A DNA stretch of 64,000 nt from Acidobacteriota bacterium (lineage in GTDB: Bacteria > Acidobacteriota > UBA4820 > DSQY01), in assembly GCA_049967655.1 (NCBI GenBank), contig JBMFSH010000001.1:64001-128000 (forward strand), written 5' to 3'. The notes beneath the pieces were generated by a model. That model was not told the origin of the DNA. It ran no database searches and saw only the letters and a program-made list of their open reading frames with translations. Shown in pieces: positions 19,704 through 30,344 of this stretch (its first letter is position 1; each line of letters opens with the position of its first letter). The position numbers were made by a program, and so were the translations under genes.

Positions 19704-20920
19704 TGCCGAGGTTCAAGTGCCGTCTGGGGACCGCTGGCGGAGAGGTGGTGATCCAGGAGATCGTGGCCGCCAGCGAGCAGTCTCTCAAGTCCTCCCTGCA
19801 GGACAAGGGCTACTACGTCTTCAGCGTCCGACCGGCGCGCTTCTGGGCCGATCTCGGCACTCAGGTGGGGCCGAGCCGGAGAAAGGTCCCCATGCGGGAC
19901 TTCGTCATCTTCAACCAGGAGTTCGCGGCGCTGTTGAAGGCCGGGCTGCCGGTGCTGACGGCGCTCGATCTTCTATCGGGCAGGCGGAAGAAGGGCGATC
20001 TGGCGAAGAACCTGGAGCTTGTGAGGGACGAGGTCCGTTCCGGGGCGAGCCTGTCGGAGGCCTTCTCCAACCGCGGCAAGGCCTTTCCTACCATCTACTC
20101 GGCCACCCTGGCCGCGGGCGAGCGATCCGGAGAGCTGGTGGCCGTGATCCAGCGCTACCTCTTCTATCTGCGGACCATGCAGGCGATCCGCAAGAAGATC
20201 CTGTCGGCCATGATCTACCCGATCATCCTGCTCTGCCTCTCCGTGGCCCTCATCTTCCTCCTGCTCACCGTCATCGTCCCCAAGTTCGCCACGCTGTTCA
20301 CGGGCACCGGCGCCCCGCTTCCCCTGCTCACCCGCGTGGTATTGAGCGTCGCGACCGTGTTCGAGTACGGTTGGCCCTTCTTCCTGGCCGCCGTCGTGGC
20401 CGTCCCGCTCGCCTTCAGGGTGATCTCCTCGCGCCCGGAGGGCAGGTTCAGGCTCGCCTCCCTGAGGATGAGGCTCCCGGTCCTGGGGGAGAATATCCGC
20501 CGGTACAACATCGCCCAGATGTGCCGCACCCTGGGCACGCTCGTGGCCGGAGGCATACCGGTGGTGACCGCCCTGGAAGTGGTGGCGGACGCCATGGGCA
20601 ACGAGCTCTACAAGGTGGAGCTCAAGCAGGTCAAGAAGGAGGTGCTGGAGGGCCAGGCGCTGTGGTCGAGCATGGAGAGGACCCGGATGATGACCACCCT
20701 GGCCGTGGAGATGGTCGAGGTGGGCGAGTCCACGGGAGCGCTCGCGGAGATGCTCGACCAGGTGAGTCAGTTCTACGACGAGGAGCTCACCACCGCCGTG
20801 GAGCGTTTCGTGGCGCTGCTCGAGCCGGCCCTGCTCCTGGTCATGGCGGTGATCATCGCCATCGTTGTCTTGTCCGTCTACATGCCGCTCTTCACCATGT
20901 ACAACTACGTAGGACAGTAG
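19703..20920 (+). CDS. pilC: T2SS/T4P inner-membrane platform protein (GspF/PilC family)
   Basis: FAALLKAGLPV, AAGERSGEL, SAMIYP, VEVGESTGAL, LLEPALL. Confidence 0.93.
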   Translation: MPRFKCRLGTAGGEVVIQEIVAASEQSLKSSLQDKGYYVFSVRPARFWADLGTQVGPSRRKVPMRDFVIFNQEFAALLKAGLPVLTALDLLSGRRKKGDLAKNLELVRDEVRSGASLSEAFSNRGKAFPTIYSATLAAGERSGELVAVIQRYLFYLRTMQAIRKKILSAMIYPIILLCLSVALIFLLLTVIVPKFATLFTGTGAPLPLLTRVVLSVATVFEYGWPFFLAAVVAVPLAFRVISSRPEGRFRLASLRMRLPVLGENIRRYNIAQMCRTLGTLVAGGIPVVTALEVVADAMGNELYKVELKQVKKEVLEGQALWSSMERTRMMTTLAVEMVEVGESTGALAEMLDQVSQFYDEELTTAVERFVALLEPALLLVMAVIIAIVVLSVYMPLFTMYNYVGQ

Positions 20921-21069
20921 GAGGCAATGGTGGCGAGGCTTTGGAGAAGCGGGGCACGAGGGACTGAGCGCACGCCGCCCAGCGCCGGCGGGGCGAGGCG
21001 GGTCCACCGGGCGCCCCGCGCCGATCGGATCTGGGCGGCCCGCCTCCGCCCGCAGGCTTGGAGCTGAGG

Positions 21070-22689
<1,620 letters not shown>

Positions 22690-22716
<27 letters not shown>

Positions 22717-22981
22717 TCGACGACATCCTTCGGCGGTTCAGTCCCTCCCTGCCGCCCGTGGCCGCTCAGGGGCGGGCGCGGGTTCCGGACAATGGCGCGA
22801 AGCCGAATTCACTTCGGCTGGAGCGCCGACCTCTCCCCGGGGAGTTCAGCGGAGCGACCGGAGGGAGCGGAGCGCCAAGAGGGGGGCGGAGCCTCCCTCT
22901 TGGACCGACCTTCGTGGAAGAGACGCACCGATGATCGACGACATCCTTCGGCGGTTCAGTCCCTCCCTGCCGCCCGTGGCC
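22690..22981. repeat. Perfect 74-bp direct repeat (22690-22763 and 22908-22981) enclosing a 144-bp hairpin-rich insert
   Basis: ACCTTCGTGGAAGAGACGCACCGATGATCGACG...CCCGTGGCC occurs twice and duplicates the pilB end and pilM start. Confidence 0.95.
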
Positions 22982-23848
22982 ATGCTCCTGGACCCGCCCT
23001 TCCTGGGCGCTCTCAGGGTGGCCTCCAACCGCAAGGAGACGACCCCCCTCGTCCGCCACGAGGAGGTCGTCACCTCGCCCGAGGAGGGGTACCTTCCCGC
23101 CGCCGAGGAGCTCGAGGCGAAGGTGAGCGGACTCCTGGCCAGGCTGGGACAGCCCAAGCGGATCAGCGCGGTCCTGGGCGACTCCTTTTTCCGCATGCAG
23201 GTCATGAGCCTGGGCGAGTTCCCCCGGCAGGAGGAGGAGCGCCGGCAGGTCATCTTCTGGAATCTGAGGAAGTCCCTCAACGTCCCCGTGGAGTCCCTTC
23301 GGATGAGCTACGAGGTGATCCGGCGCACCCCTGGCAGCACCACGCTCTGGGTGGCGCTCTGTCCCGAAGAGCCAGCGCGGCTTCTCGAGGCGGCCTTCCA
23401 GAGGGGGGGGTGCCAGCTCGGCCACCTGGGGGCCTCCTCCGTGGAGCTCTTCAACCTCGCGCGGAGCCGGGACGTGGTGACCGACCAGGGGAACGCCCTT
23501 CTCATACACCGGACCCCCGCCTACCTCTCCTTCCTCTTCACCGAAGGCGGCCGTCCCCTCTTCTTCCGTTGCAAGGAGACCGATGCCGCGGGCGACGGAG
23601 CGGAGGAGGGACGGCTCCAGCAGGAGGTGCGCCTCACCCTCGCCTACTACAAGGACAAGCTGGGCGGCGGACCACTGGAGAAGGTGCTGGTCCACCGGTA
23701 CCCCGAGGGGGTGGACCTTCCGCTGGAAGAGCTCGAGGCCGAGGGCACCCGCATCGAGACCATGGTCTCGGCCCTGCCGCCTCTGCGCAGCGGTGCCTTA
23801 AGAGAGCCCCAGTGGATGCCCCTCTACGCGCTTCTGGAGAGGAATTGA
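22931..23848 (+). CDS. PilM-like alignment-complex protein (divergent actin-like)
   Basis: Position before PilN/PilO-like genes; VIFWNLRKSL, EVRLTLAYYKDKL resemble PilM/GspL cytoplasmic domain. Confidence 0.7.
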   Translation: MIDDILRRFSPSLPPVAMLLDPPFLGALRVASNRKETTPLVRHEEVVTSPEEGYLPAAEELEAKVSGLLARLGQPKRISAVLGDSFFRMQVMSLGEFPRQEEERRQVIFWNLRKSLNVPVESLRMSYEVIRRTPGSTTLWVALCPEEPARLLEAAFQRGGCQLGHLGASSVELFNLARSRDVVTDQGNALLIHRTPAYLSFLFTEGGRPLFFRCKETDAAGDGAEEGRLQQEVRLTLAYYKDKLGGGPLEKVLVHRYPEGVDLPLEELEAEGTRIETMVSALPPLRSGALREPQWMPLYALLERN

Positions 23849-23849
23849 G

Positions 23850-24422
23850 ATGAGGCGGCTGACCATCAACCTCGCAGGAACTCCGTTCGTCAACAGGACC
23901 GTTCCGGGAGTTGCCCTTACCGTGGTCTGGGGGATCGCCCTCCTGCTGACGGCGCTCAACATCGGGTCGTTCTTTGTCCTGGGGAGGGACTACCGCACGC
24001 AGCGAGGCGTCCTGAAGGACCAGGAGGCACGCCTTTCCCACCTGCGCGCGAGCGTCGCCGAGAAGGAAAAATCGCTGCAAGGAGCCGACGTCGCATCGGT
24101 GGCCTCGGAGGCAAAGTTTGTCTCGGAGGTCCTGAAGGAAAAGCGTTTTTCCTGGATTCATTTCCTGAGCGACCTGGAACGCATCAAGCCTTACGGGGTT
24201 ATGTTCACGACCATCGTACCGCAGATCAATCCGGACGGAACGGTCGGGGTGGCCCTCACGGGAGACGCCAACCCCCGTTCGGAGCTGCTCAAGCTGGAAC
24301 AGAGCCTGATGACCGACAAGAGCTTCACGGCGGCCCAGCTCCACTCCGAGCAGAAGGAGGCCTCCAGCCCGTGGGTCCACTTTCAGATCAGCTGCACCTA
24401 CCTTCCGGGGGAGGCTCCATGA
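23850..24422 (+). CDS. PilN-domain protein
   Basis: N-terminal INLA motif, one TM, coiled coil, FSWIHFLSDLERIKP.GV. Confidence 0.8.
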   Translation: MRRLTINLAGTPFVNRTVPGVALTVVWGIALLLTALNIGSFFVLGRDYRTQRGVLKDQEARLSHLRASVAEKEKSLQGADVASVASEAKFVSEVLKEKRFSWIHFLSDLERIKPYGVMFTTIVPQINPDGTVGVALTGDANPRSELLKLEQSLMTDKSFTAAQLHSEQKEASSPWVHFQISCTYLPGEAP

Positions 24423-25036
24423 GTCTCGAGGTTATCATCCGGCGCAAGCTCGGTCTCCTGCTGGCGGTGGCCGCCGGCCTCGCGGCGCTGAACCTGGCCG
24501 TCTATTTGGTGGCCGTCTCCCGGCTGGATCACTACGCCCGTGCCACGAGGCAGCAGGTCGAATCCAACCGCCGGGAACTGAAGACGCTGGAGGACAAGGA
24601 GCGGACCCTCACCCTCGCGGTCAATCGCGTGAGCAACGACCGGAAGGTCATGGACGAGCTGGCCGGGCAGGTCTTCCGCACGCGGCAGCAGCGTTTCGTG
24701 GATTTGCAGACGGGCCTCAAATCCCTGATCGACGCCCACCATCTCCAACTGAACAACTTTTCCTACGGGTACGAGTTCATCCCCTCGCCGGACAAGAGGG
24801 AGGGCTGGTCCCACCGGTACATCCGAGTCCGCATGACTCTGCCCCTCACGGGGCCGTATCAGGAGATCAAGGCCCTCATCCAGGCCCTTCAGGAGTCGCC
24901 CCTCTTCTTCACCGTGGATGCCCTGTCACTCTCCTCCAGCCCGCAGTCGGCGGGTACAATCCGCGTGAACGTGGCCATCAGCACCTACTTCGTGGCGACC
25001 CCGGAGGACTTTCCGCCGAAGGAGGCCAAGTCGTGA
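24419..25036 (+). CDS. PilO/GspM-like protein
   Basis: One TM, coiled coil, LTGPYQEIKALIQALQESPLFFTVDAL ferredoxin-like C-terminus. Confidence 0.75.
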   Translation: MSLEVIIRRKLGLLLAVAAGLAALNLAVYLVAVSRLDHYARATRQQVESNRRELKTLEDKERTLTLAVNRVSNDRKVMDELAGQVFRTRQQRFVDLQTGLKSLIDAHHLQLNNFSYGYEFIPSPDKREGWSHRYIRVRMTLPLTGPYQEIKALIQALQESPLFFTVDALSLSSSPQSAGTIRVNVAISTYFVATPEDFPPKEAKS

Positions 25037-25764
25037 CCAGACGGTTCGTCATCGCCCTCGCCGCTCTCGGGGCCCTCACCCTCGCGTTGTCGTGCAGCTC
25101 GGGCGCCCTCGGCGCGAACGGCACCGTGGACCCAGAGACGGGGGAGCGGATGGGACCGCGGCCGCACCGTGCGATCCCCAAGGCGCAGCGGGTTTCTGAC
25201 ATACCTTCCCTTTCCCTCGAGGGCATCTCTCTGCCGGTGGACCAGGCAGCGGATGGCAAGCAGGCCCGGGAACCTGGAAAGACGGCCCAGCCGGCTCCAG
25301 TGGCGCGAGCGCAGGGCCTCTCCCGCCCAGGGCCGGCGGCTCCGCCCCCCGCGGACGCCGGGGACGACGAGGCCGGGCTTCCGCCGCGGAACCTCTTCGC
25401 CTTTGAACAAGACCCCGCCGTGATCCTGGCGCAGCGGCGCCAGGCCCAGGAGGCAGCCGAGAAAGCGGCGGAGGCCGCCAAGAAGGCCCAGTGGCTCAAG
25501 GCTCACACCTACGGACCGCCTCCGCCTCCGCCTCCGCCTCAGCCTCCGGCCATCCCCTTCTCCTTCATCGGCTACTTTGGACCGGCGGACAACCGTCTCG
25601 CCGTGTTCCAGACCCAGGGATCCAACGTACTCTTGCTGGCCCGCAAGGGAGAGACGGTTTTGAACCAGTTCCGCGTGGTCGACATCGGCTACGAATCCGC
25701 CGAGATCGGTTTCCAGGGGTTCAAGGAGACCAGGCGAATCCCCTTGATTGGAGGAGGGAAGTAA
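25033..25764 (+). CDS. PilP/GspC-like putative lipoprotein
   Basis: Lipobox LALSC; Pro-rich linker; RNLFAF; C-terminal beta domain FSFIGY..GETVLNQFRVVDI. Confidence 0.65.
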   Translation: MTRRFVIALAALGALTLALSCSSGALGANGTVDPETGERMGPRPHRAIPKAQRVSDIPSLSLEGISLPVDQAADGKQAREPGKTAQPAPVARAQGLSRPGPAAPPPADAGDDEAGLPPRNLFAFEQDPAVILAQRRQAQEAAEKAAEAAKKAQWLKAHTYGPPPPPPPPQPPAIPFSFIGYFGPADNRLAVFQTQGSNVLLLARKGETVLNQFRVVDIGYESAEIGFQGFKETRRIPLIGGGK

Positions 25765-25765
25765 G

Positions 25766-28069
25766 GTGCGCGCGAGAATCCTCAAGACCATCCTGATGAT
25801 GAGCCTACTGACCCTGGCCCTCTCCTGCGGCTCGGTCGCCTTCCACCGGGGGGATTACCTCTACGAGCACCAGAACTACGACGAGGCGGTGGCGAACCTC
25901 GAAAAGGCCCTCAAGGAGAGCCCCCGCAACGTGAAATACAAGACCACCCTCGTGCGCGCTCGTTTGGCGGCCTCCCAGTGGCACTTCGAGAGGGGAAAAA
26001 TGGCGGCCGCCCACGGCGACTACGACGTAGCCGTCCGGGAGATTCAGAAGGCCCTCGAGTACGACCCCGGCAATCAGTACGCCAAGGACACCATGAACAG
26101 CATCATCCAGACCCTGCGCGACAAACAGGCGAAGGAGAGGGCGGCTCTCCCCTCCATCGACCAGATGGAGAAGAAGGCCGACAAGGATCTGGGCGTGCCC
26201 CGGCTGGACCCCGCCTCCAACATCCCCATCGTCCTCAAGTTCACCAACACCCCGCTCAAGACCATCCTGGACGCCATCTCGAAGGCCAGCGGAATCAACA
26301 TCCTCTACGACGACCGCGTGGAGCAGAACAAGCCGATCACCGTGGATTTCTCGAAGGAGCCCCTGGCCACGGTCCTCGACTACCTCATGATGCAGACCAA
26401 GAACTTCTACAAGGTGATCGACGCCCACACGCTCATCATCGTACCGGACACGAGGCAGAAACGGGACGAGTACCAGGATCAGGTCATCCGCACCTTCTAC
26501 CTCTCCAACGCCGACGCCAAGGACGTGTTCCAGCTCGTTCGCTCCATCATCCAGGCGCGGAAGATGGCCATGAACCAGGATCTGAACTCCATCACCATCG
26601 AGGACACGCCGGAGAACGTCGCCATCGCCCAGCGAATCATTGAGGACAACGACAAGAGCAAGGGCGAGGTGGCGGTGGACGTGGAGCTCCTGGAGGTGGA
26701 CGACAACAAGCTGCGGAACCTGGGCATTGATTTGAGCAACCACACTTTCACCGTCGGGCCCAACATGAACGTGACCAAGGACACCAACGGGAACGCGACG
26801 GGCATCGGGACGGGCCCGCCCGTCCCCCTGAACGAATTGGGCCGGACCCTTTCGCACGGACTGATGGTCTTCCCGGTTCCGAACATCATCGTCAACATGC
26901 TGCTGACGGATACCAACAGCAGGGTTCTCGCCAAGCCGCAGGTGAGGGTGATGGAGGGGCAGAAGGCCAGCGTGCACATCGGCGAGAAGATCCCCATCCC
27001 CACCTCCAACCAGTACCTCAACACGGCCGGCGGCACCACCAACTACACCCCCATCACCTCCTTCACCTACCAGGACATCGGCGTGAAGGTCGAGCTGGAG
27101 CCCCGCGTCCACCACAACAAGGAGGTGACCATCAAGCTCAAGGCGGACGTCTCCTCCATCGCGGGCTACGTCTCTTCCTCGAGTCCGCTGACTCCTTCAC
27201 AGCCCATCCTGGGGACGAGGGAGATCTCCACGACCATCCGTCTGGAGGACGGCGAGACAAGCATGCTGGCGGGGCTCATCCAGCGCAACGACCAGAGAGC
27301 GATTTCGGGCTTGCCGGGTGTCGCCGAGATTCCCCTGCTGCGCCGCCTCTTTTCCAATACCCAAGATACTCACACCACCACCGACGTGGTCATGCTCCTG
27401 ACGCCTCACATTGTCCGCATGCCCAACATCACCGAGAAGGACCTCCAGCCGCTCTGGGTTGGCACCACCGACCGGCCCATGGTCGAGGGCTTTGACAACC
27501 CCTTCGGCCCCAGTCCTTCTCCGGCCGAGCCCCAGCCCGCGCCCAAGGCGAGCTCCCAGGCCACGCAGCCTAAGCAGGACAGCGACAATGGCGGCCAGGA
27601 CCAGAGCACCAACGAGAATGCCCGCCTCCTGGTGAGCCCCACCAACATCAGCGTGAAACCGGGCGATCCAGTGGTACTCAACCTGGTGTTGCTCGGCGGA
27701 AAGGACCTCAAGAGCCTCCACGCCGACGTGAACTTCCCGGCGGATGCCCTCCAATTCCAAGGGGCCGACGAGGGGACCTTCTTCCAGATGGGCGGCGCCC
27801 CCACCACCTTCGCCGCACCGCAGTCGGGGCCAGGGCTCGTCTCCCTCGACGCGGGGCGGGCGGACTCGGGCGGCTCCTCGGGGGCGGGCTTGGTGGCCCG
27901 GCTCAAGTTCACGGCATCGAAGCCCGGCGAGGTGAGGATCAACATTGGAGGACTCACGGCCACGGCCGTGTCCGGCGGGGCCGTTTCCCTGCCGCCGGTC
28001 TTCGCCGTGGTCACCGTTCAGCAACCCCCCTCCCAGCCGCCGGCTGCAGCCACTGGCAAGGGAGCTTAG
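25766..28069 (+). CDS. Secretin (GspD/PilQ family) lipoprotein with N-terminal TPR and C-terminal cohesin-like domain
   Basis: LALSC lipobox; TPRs; IRTFYLSNAD; LAKPQVRV, GEKIPI, YQDIGVKVEL.P, DGETSMLAGLI, IPLLRRLFS; C-terminal beta-sandwich. Confidence 0.92.
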   Translation: MRARILKTILMMSLLTLALSCGSVAFHRGDYLYEHQNYDEAVANLEKALKESPRNVKYKTTLVRARLAASQWHFERGKMAAAHGDYDVAVREIQKALEYDPGNQYAKDTMNSIIQTLRDKQAKERAALPSIDQMEKKADKDLGVPRLDPASNIPIVLKFTNTPLKTILDAISKASGINILYDDRVEQNKPITVDFSKEPLATVLDYLMMQTKNFYKVIDAHTLIIVPDTRQKRDEYQDQVIRTFYLSNADAKDVFQLVRSIIQARKMAMNQDLNSITIEDTPENVAIAQRIIEDNDKSKGEVAVDVELLEVDDNKLRNLGIDLSNHTFTVGPNMNVTKDTNGNATGIGTGPPVPLNELGRTLSHGLMVFPVPNIIVNMLLTDTNSRVLAKPQVRVMEGQKASVHIGEKIPIPTSNQYLNTAGGTTNYTPITSFTYQDIGVKVELEPRVHHNKEVTIKLKADVSSIAGYVSSSSPLTPSQPILGTREISTTIRLEDGETSMLAGLIQRNDQRAISGLPGVAEIPLLRRLFSNTQDTHTTTDVVMLLTPHIVRMPNITEKDLQPLWVGTTDRPMVEGFDNPFGPSPSPAEPQPAPKASSQATQPKQDSDNGGQDQSTNENARLLVSPTNISVKPGDPVVLNLVLLGGKDLKSLHADVNFPADALQFQGADEGTFFQMGGAPTTFAAPQSGPGLVSLDAGRADSGGSSGAGLVARLKFTASKPGEVRINIGGLTATAVSGGAVSLPPVFAVVTVQQPPSQPPAAATGKGA

Positions 28070-28082
28070 GGAGCCGCATCCC

Positions 28083-28562
28083 ATGAAAGCACACACCCGT
28101 ACCGGCGAGAGGGGAATCTCCCTCATGGAGGTGGGTCTGGCGGTGGCCCTCCTGGCCATCATGGCCCTCGTGGCCGTTCCTGCTTCGCAGATCATGGACC
28201 GGCGGCTCAAGGAGATGGAGCTGCGGCACGACCTGCGCGAGATGAGGGAGGCGATCGACGAATACCACCGCTACGCCGTTCAGGGCCTGATCAAACAGAC
28301 CGACGTGACGCAGGATTTCTACCCGCCGGATCTGAAGACGCTGGTGAAGGGAGTGGCGGTGTCGGGACAGGCGCCGGACACCAAGATGCGATTTCTTCGG
28401 AGGATCCCCATCGACCCCATGACCGGCACCGACGAGTGGGGCCTTCGATCCACGCGGGATGAACCAGACTCCACCATGTGGGGAGGGGAGAACGTCTATG
28501 ATGTCTACTCCGAAAGCACCGCCCTCGCCCTGGACGGAAAGACCCACTACAACCAATGGTGA
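28083..28562 (+). CDS. Pseudopilin/pilin with class III signal peptide
   Basis: ERG/ISLME cleavage motif; LREMREAIDEY; FLRRIPIDPMTG; NVYDVYS. Confidence 0.88.
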   Translation: MKAHTRTGERGISLMEVGLAVALLAIMALVAVPASQIMDRRLKEMELRHDLREMREAIDEYHRYAVQGLIKQTDVTQDFYPPDLKTLVKGVAVSGQAPDTKMRFLRRIPIDPMTGTDEWGLRSTRDEPDSTMWGGENVYDVYSESTALALDGKTHYNQW

Positions 28563-28570
28563 GCAAGGCC

Positions 28571-28594
28571 GTGACGAGGTGATGAGGTGATGAG
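28571..28594. repeat. GTGAYGAG x3 tandem 8-mer between pseudopilin genes
   Basis: GTGACGAG GTGATGAG GTGATGAG; the reverse complement unit recurs at 49949-49964. Confidence 0.6.
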
Positions 28595-29126
28595 GGAAAG
28601 AAACGGGGAGGCGGATGTCCGCGAGGGCCAACCGTTGAGCGCCGTCGAACCGTCGGGCGCGGATTCCTCCGCCTCTCTGCCATCCAGTGCACTCCCTCCC
28701 GTCCCCCTCCGCCGGTTCCGGCCGCGTGGGCAGAAGGGCTTCACCCTGATGGAGCTCATGGTGGTGGTGGCCATCATCGGGATTCTGGTCAGCATGGCGG
28801 TGCCCACTTACCGGACCATCGTCGAGAGGGCGAAGGAGACCGTCCTCCGGGAGAACCTCTACACCCTTCGAGACGTCATCGACCAGTACTACGCCGACAA
28901 GGGCAAGTACCCAGACAGCCTGGACAGCCTCGTTTCCGCCGGGTACCTGCGCCGTCTTCCCATCGATCCCATCACCGGCAAATCCGATTGGGTCACGGTT
29001 CCCTATTCGGGCAACGAGCCCGGCCAGCTGCAACCCACCGAGGGCGAAAGCACGGGGGGCATCTGGGACGTCCATTCGGCCTCGGACGCGGTGGGGAGCG
29101 ATGGGACGAAGTACAGTACGTGGTAG
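28590..29126 (+). CDS. GspG-like pseudopilin (start uncertain)
   Basis: QKG/FTLMELMVVVAIIGIL; IDQYYADKGKYPDSLDSLV..YLRRLPIDPITG. Confidence 0.9.
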   Translation: MRERNGEADVREGQPLSAVEPSGADSSASLPSSALPPVPLRRFRPRGQKGFTLMELMVVVAIIGILVSMAVPTYRTIVERAKETVLRENLYTLRDVIDQYYADKGKYPDSLDSLVSAGYLRRLPIDPITGKSDWVTVPYSGNEPGQLQPTEGESTGGIWDVHSASDAVGSDGTKYSTW

Positions 29127-29254
29127 GGGATTGGGCGATGAAGCGATTAAGCTATTAAGCGATGAAGCGATTAAGCTATTAAGCGATGAAGCGATTAAGC
29201 AATTGAGCGATTAAGCTGTTAGGCGGTTGGGCCGTGAGGCGATGGAGCGATGAA
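29127..29254. repeat. Tandem array of about 16 8-bp units (consensus GCGATTAA) with a 24-bp higher-order period
   Basis: (GCGATGAA GCGATTAA GCTATTAA) x2.7 at 29135-29198, then degenerate units in register to 29254. Confidence 0.92.
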
Positions 29255-29310
29255 GAAACCGAGCGGCGCCCGGCAGGGGCGCTGACCACGTGGCGGAAAC
29301 GGGCGGCTCC

Positions 29311-30072
29311 ATGAAGCGGCGCGAAGCCGGGGTGGTGTTCATCTGGGTGCTGGTGGGTCTCTTCGTGATGGCCATCATGTTGATGGCCGCGGTCCAGCCC
29401 GCCTCCGTGATCATGCAGCGCGAGCGCGAGGCCGAGCTGCGCTTCAGCGGGAGGGCCTACGTGGAGGCCATCCGGGAGTATCAACAGGAACACGGCGGCG
29501 CCTTCCCCAACAAGCTCGAGGACCTCATGAAGGAGGGGCCCAAGCAGCACCGCTACATCCGCCAGCTCTACCCCAACCCCTTCGCCCCCGACGGGAAGTG
29601 GGGCCTGCTGGCCCCAGGGGCCACCGTCGTGACCGTGGACAAGGACGGGAAGGTCCACTATGAATCCCAGGGCGGCCCCCCCACGGGGGGCGTGCCGGGT
29701 TCGCCGTGGGTCATCCCCGGCGCGCCTGGGACACAGCCGACGTTTCCGGGCCAGGCAGGCCAAATCCCTATGGGAAATCAGACCGGCCAATTGCCCACCG
29801 GCGGCGAGATGGGAGAGGCCGGCTCCTCCGGGACCGCGGCCCAGCCCACGCAGATCCTGCCCTTCCGCCTGGACGGCAAGGAGGGAGAGCCCATTCTCGG
29901 CGTCTGGTGCAACGAGCACAAGAAGGCCTTCCGGCCCTTTCTGGGCAAGGATTACTACGACCAGTGGTTCTTCTCGCCTCTGGTCGTTCCCCCGCCGCTT
30001 CCCGTGGGCATCCAGGGCGTGCAGACCCAGCCTCCCGCCGGGACCAACCCCTCGAAGCCGGAGTCGGAATGA
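29311..30072 (+). CDS. Minor pseudopilin-like protein (GspK-type, lacks Glu5)
   Basis: RREAG/VVFIW cleavage-like motif without E5; REREAELRF; FPNKLEDL; YIRQLYPNP. Confidence 0.78.
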   Translation: MKRREAGVVFIWVLVGLFVMAIMLMAAVQPASVIMQREREAELRFSGRAYVEAIREYQQEHGGAFPNKLEDLMKEGPKQHRYIRQLYPNPFAPDGKWGLLAPGATVVTVDKDGKVHYESQGGPPTGGVPGSPWVIPGAPGTQPTFPGQAGQIPMGNQTGQLPTGGEMGEAGSSGTAAQPTQILPFRLDGKEGEPILGVWCNEHKKAFRPFLGKDYYDQWFFSPLVVPPPLPVGIQGVQTQPPAGTNPSKPESE

Positions 30073-30344
30073 AAAGGCCGCAGGGCCCAAAGTCCTCCAT
30101 CCACCGCGACGCCCCCGAAAGAAAATTCATTCCGAAGCGTTAGAAGAGGGCCGGGCCTCGGACAACCGAAGGCGGGTTGGAGCGTGGCCCATCCTGCCCG
30201 GCATCCGAGCCCTGGGTTAAAATGGCCCTCTGGCTGGACGTCTTTCCAGCGCGCCCCTCCAGGGCCCGATGGGCTGGCTTCGAGCGTGAGCTTGGTGAGG
30301 CGGCGGGCGGGTGGAGTCGGCTGGAGACTTCAGGGAGCCTCGGG

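Noticed and set aside
20921..21069. GC-rich spacer between pilC and pilB as a REP-like element
   Set aside because: Imperfect palindromes only; no convincing second copy found in the window
25515..25548. CCGCCT hexamer repeat
   Set aside because: Encodes an ordinary poly-proline linker in the PilP-like protein
29127..29254. Possible CRISPR array
   Set aside because: Contiguous 8-bp units with no unique spacers and no cas genes
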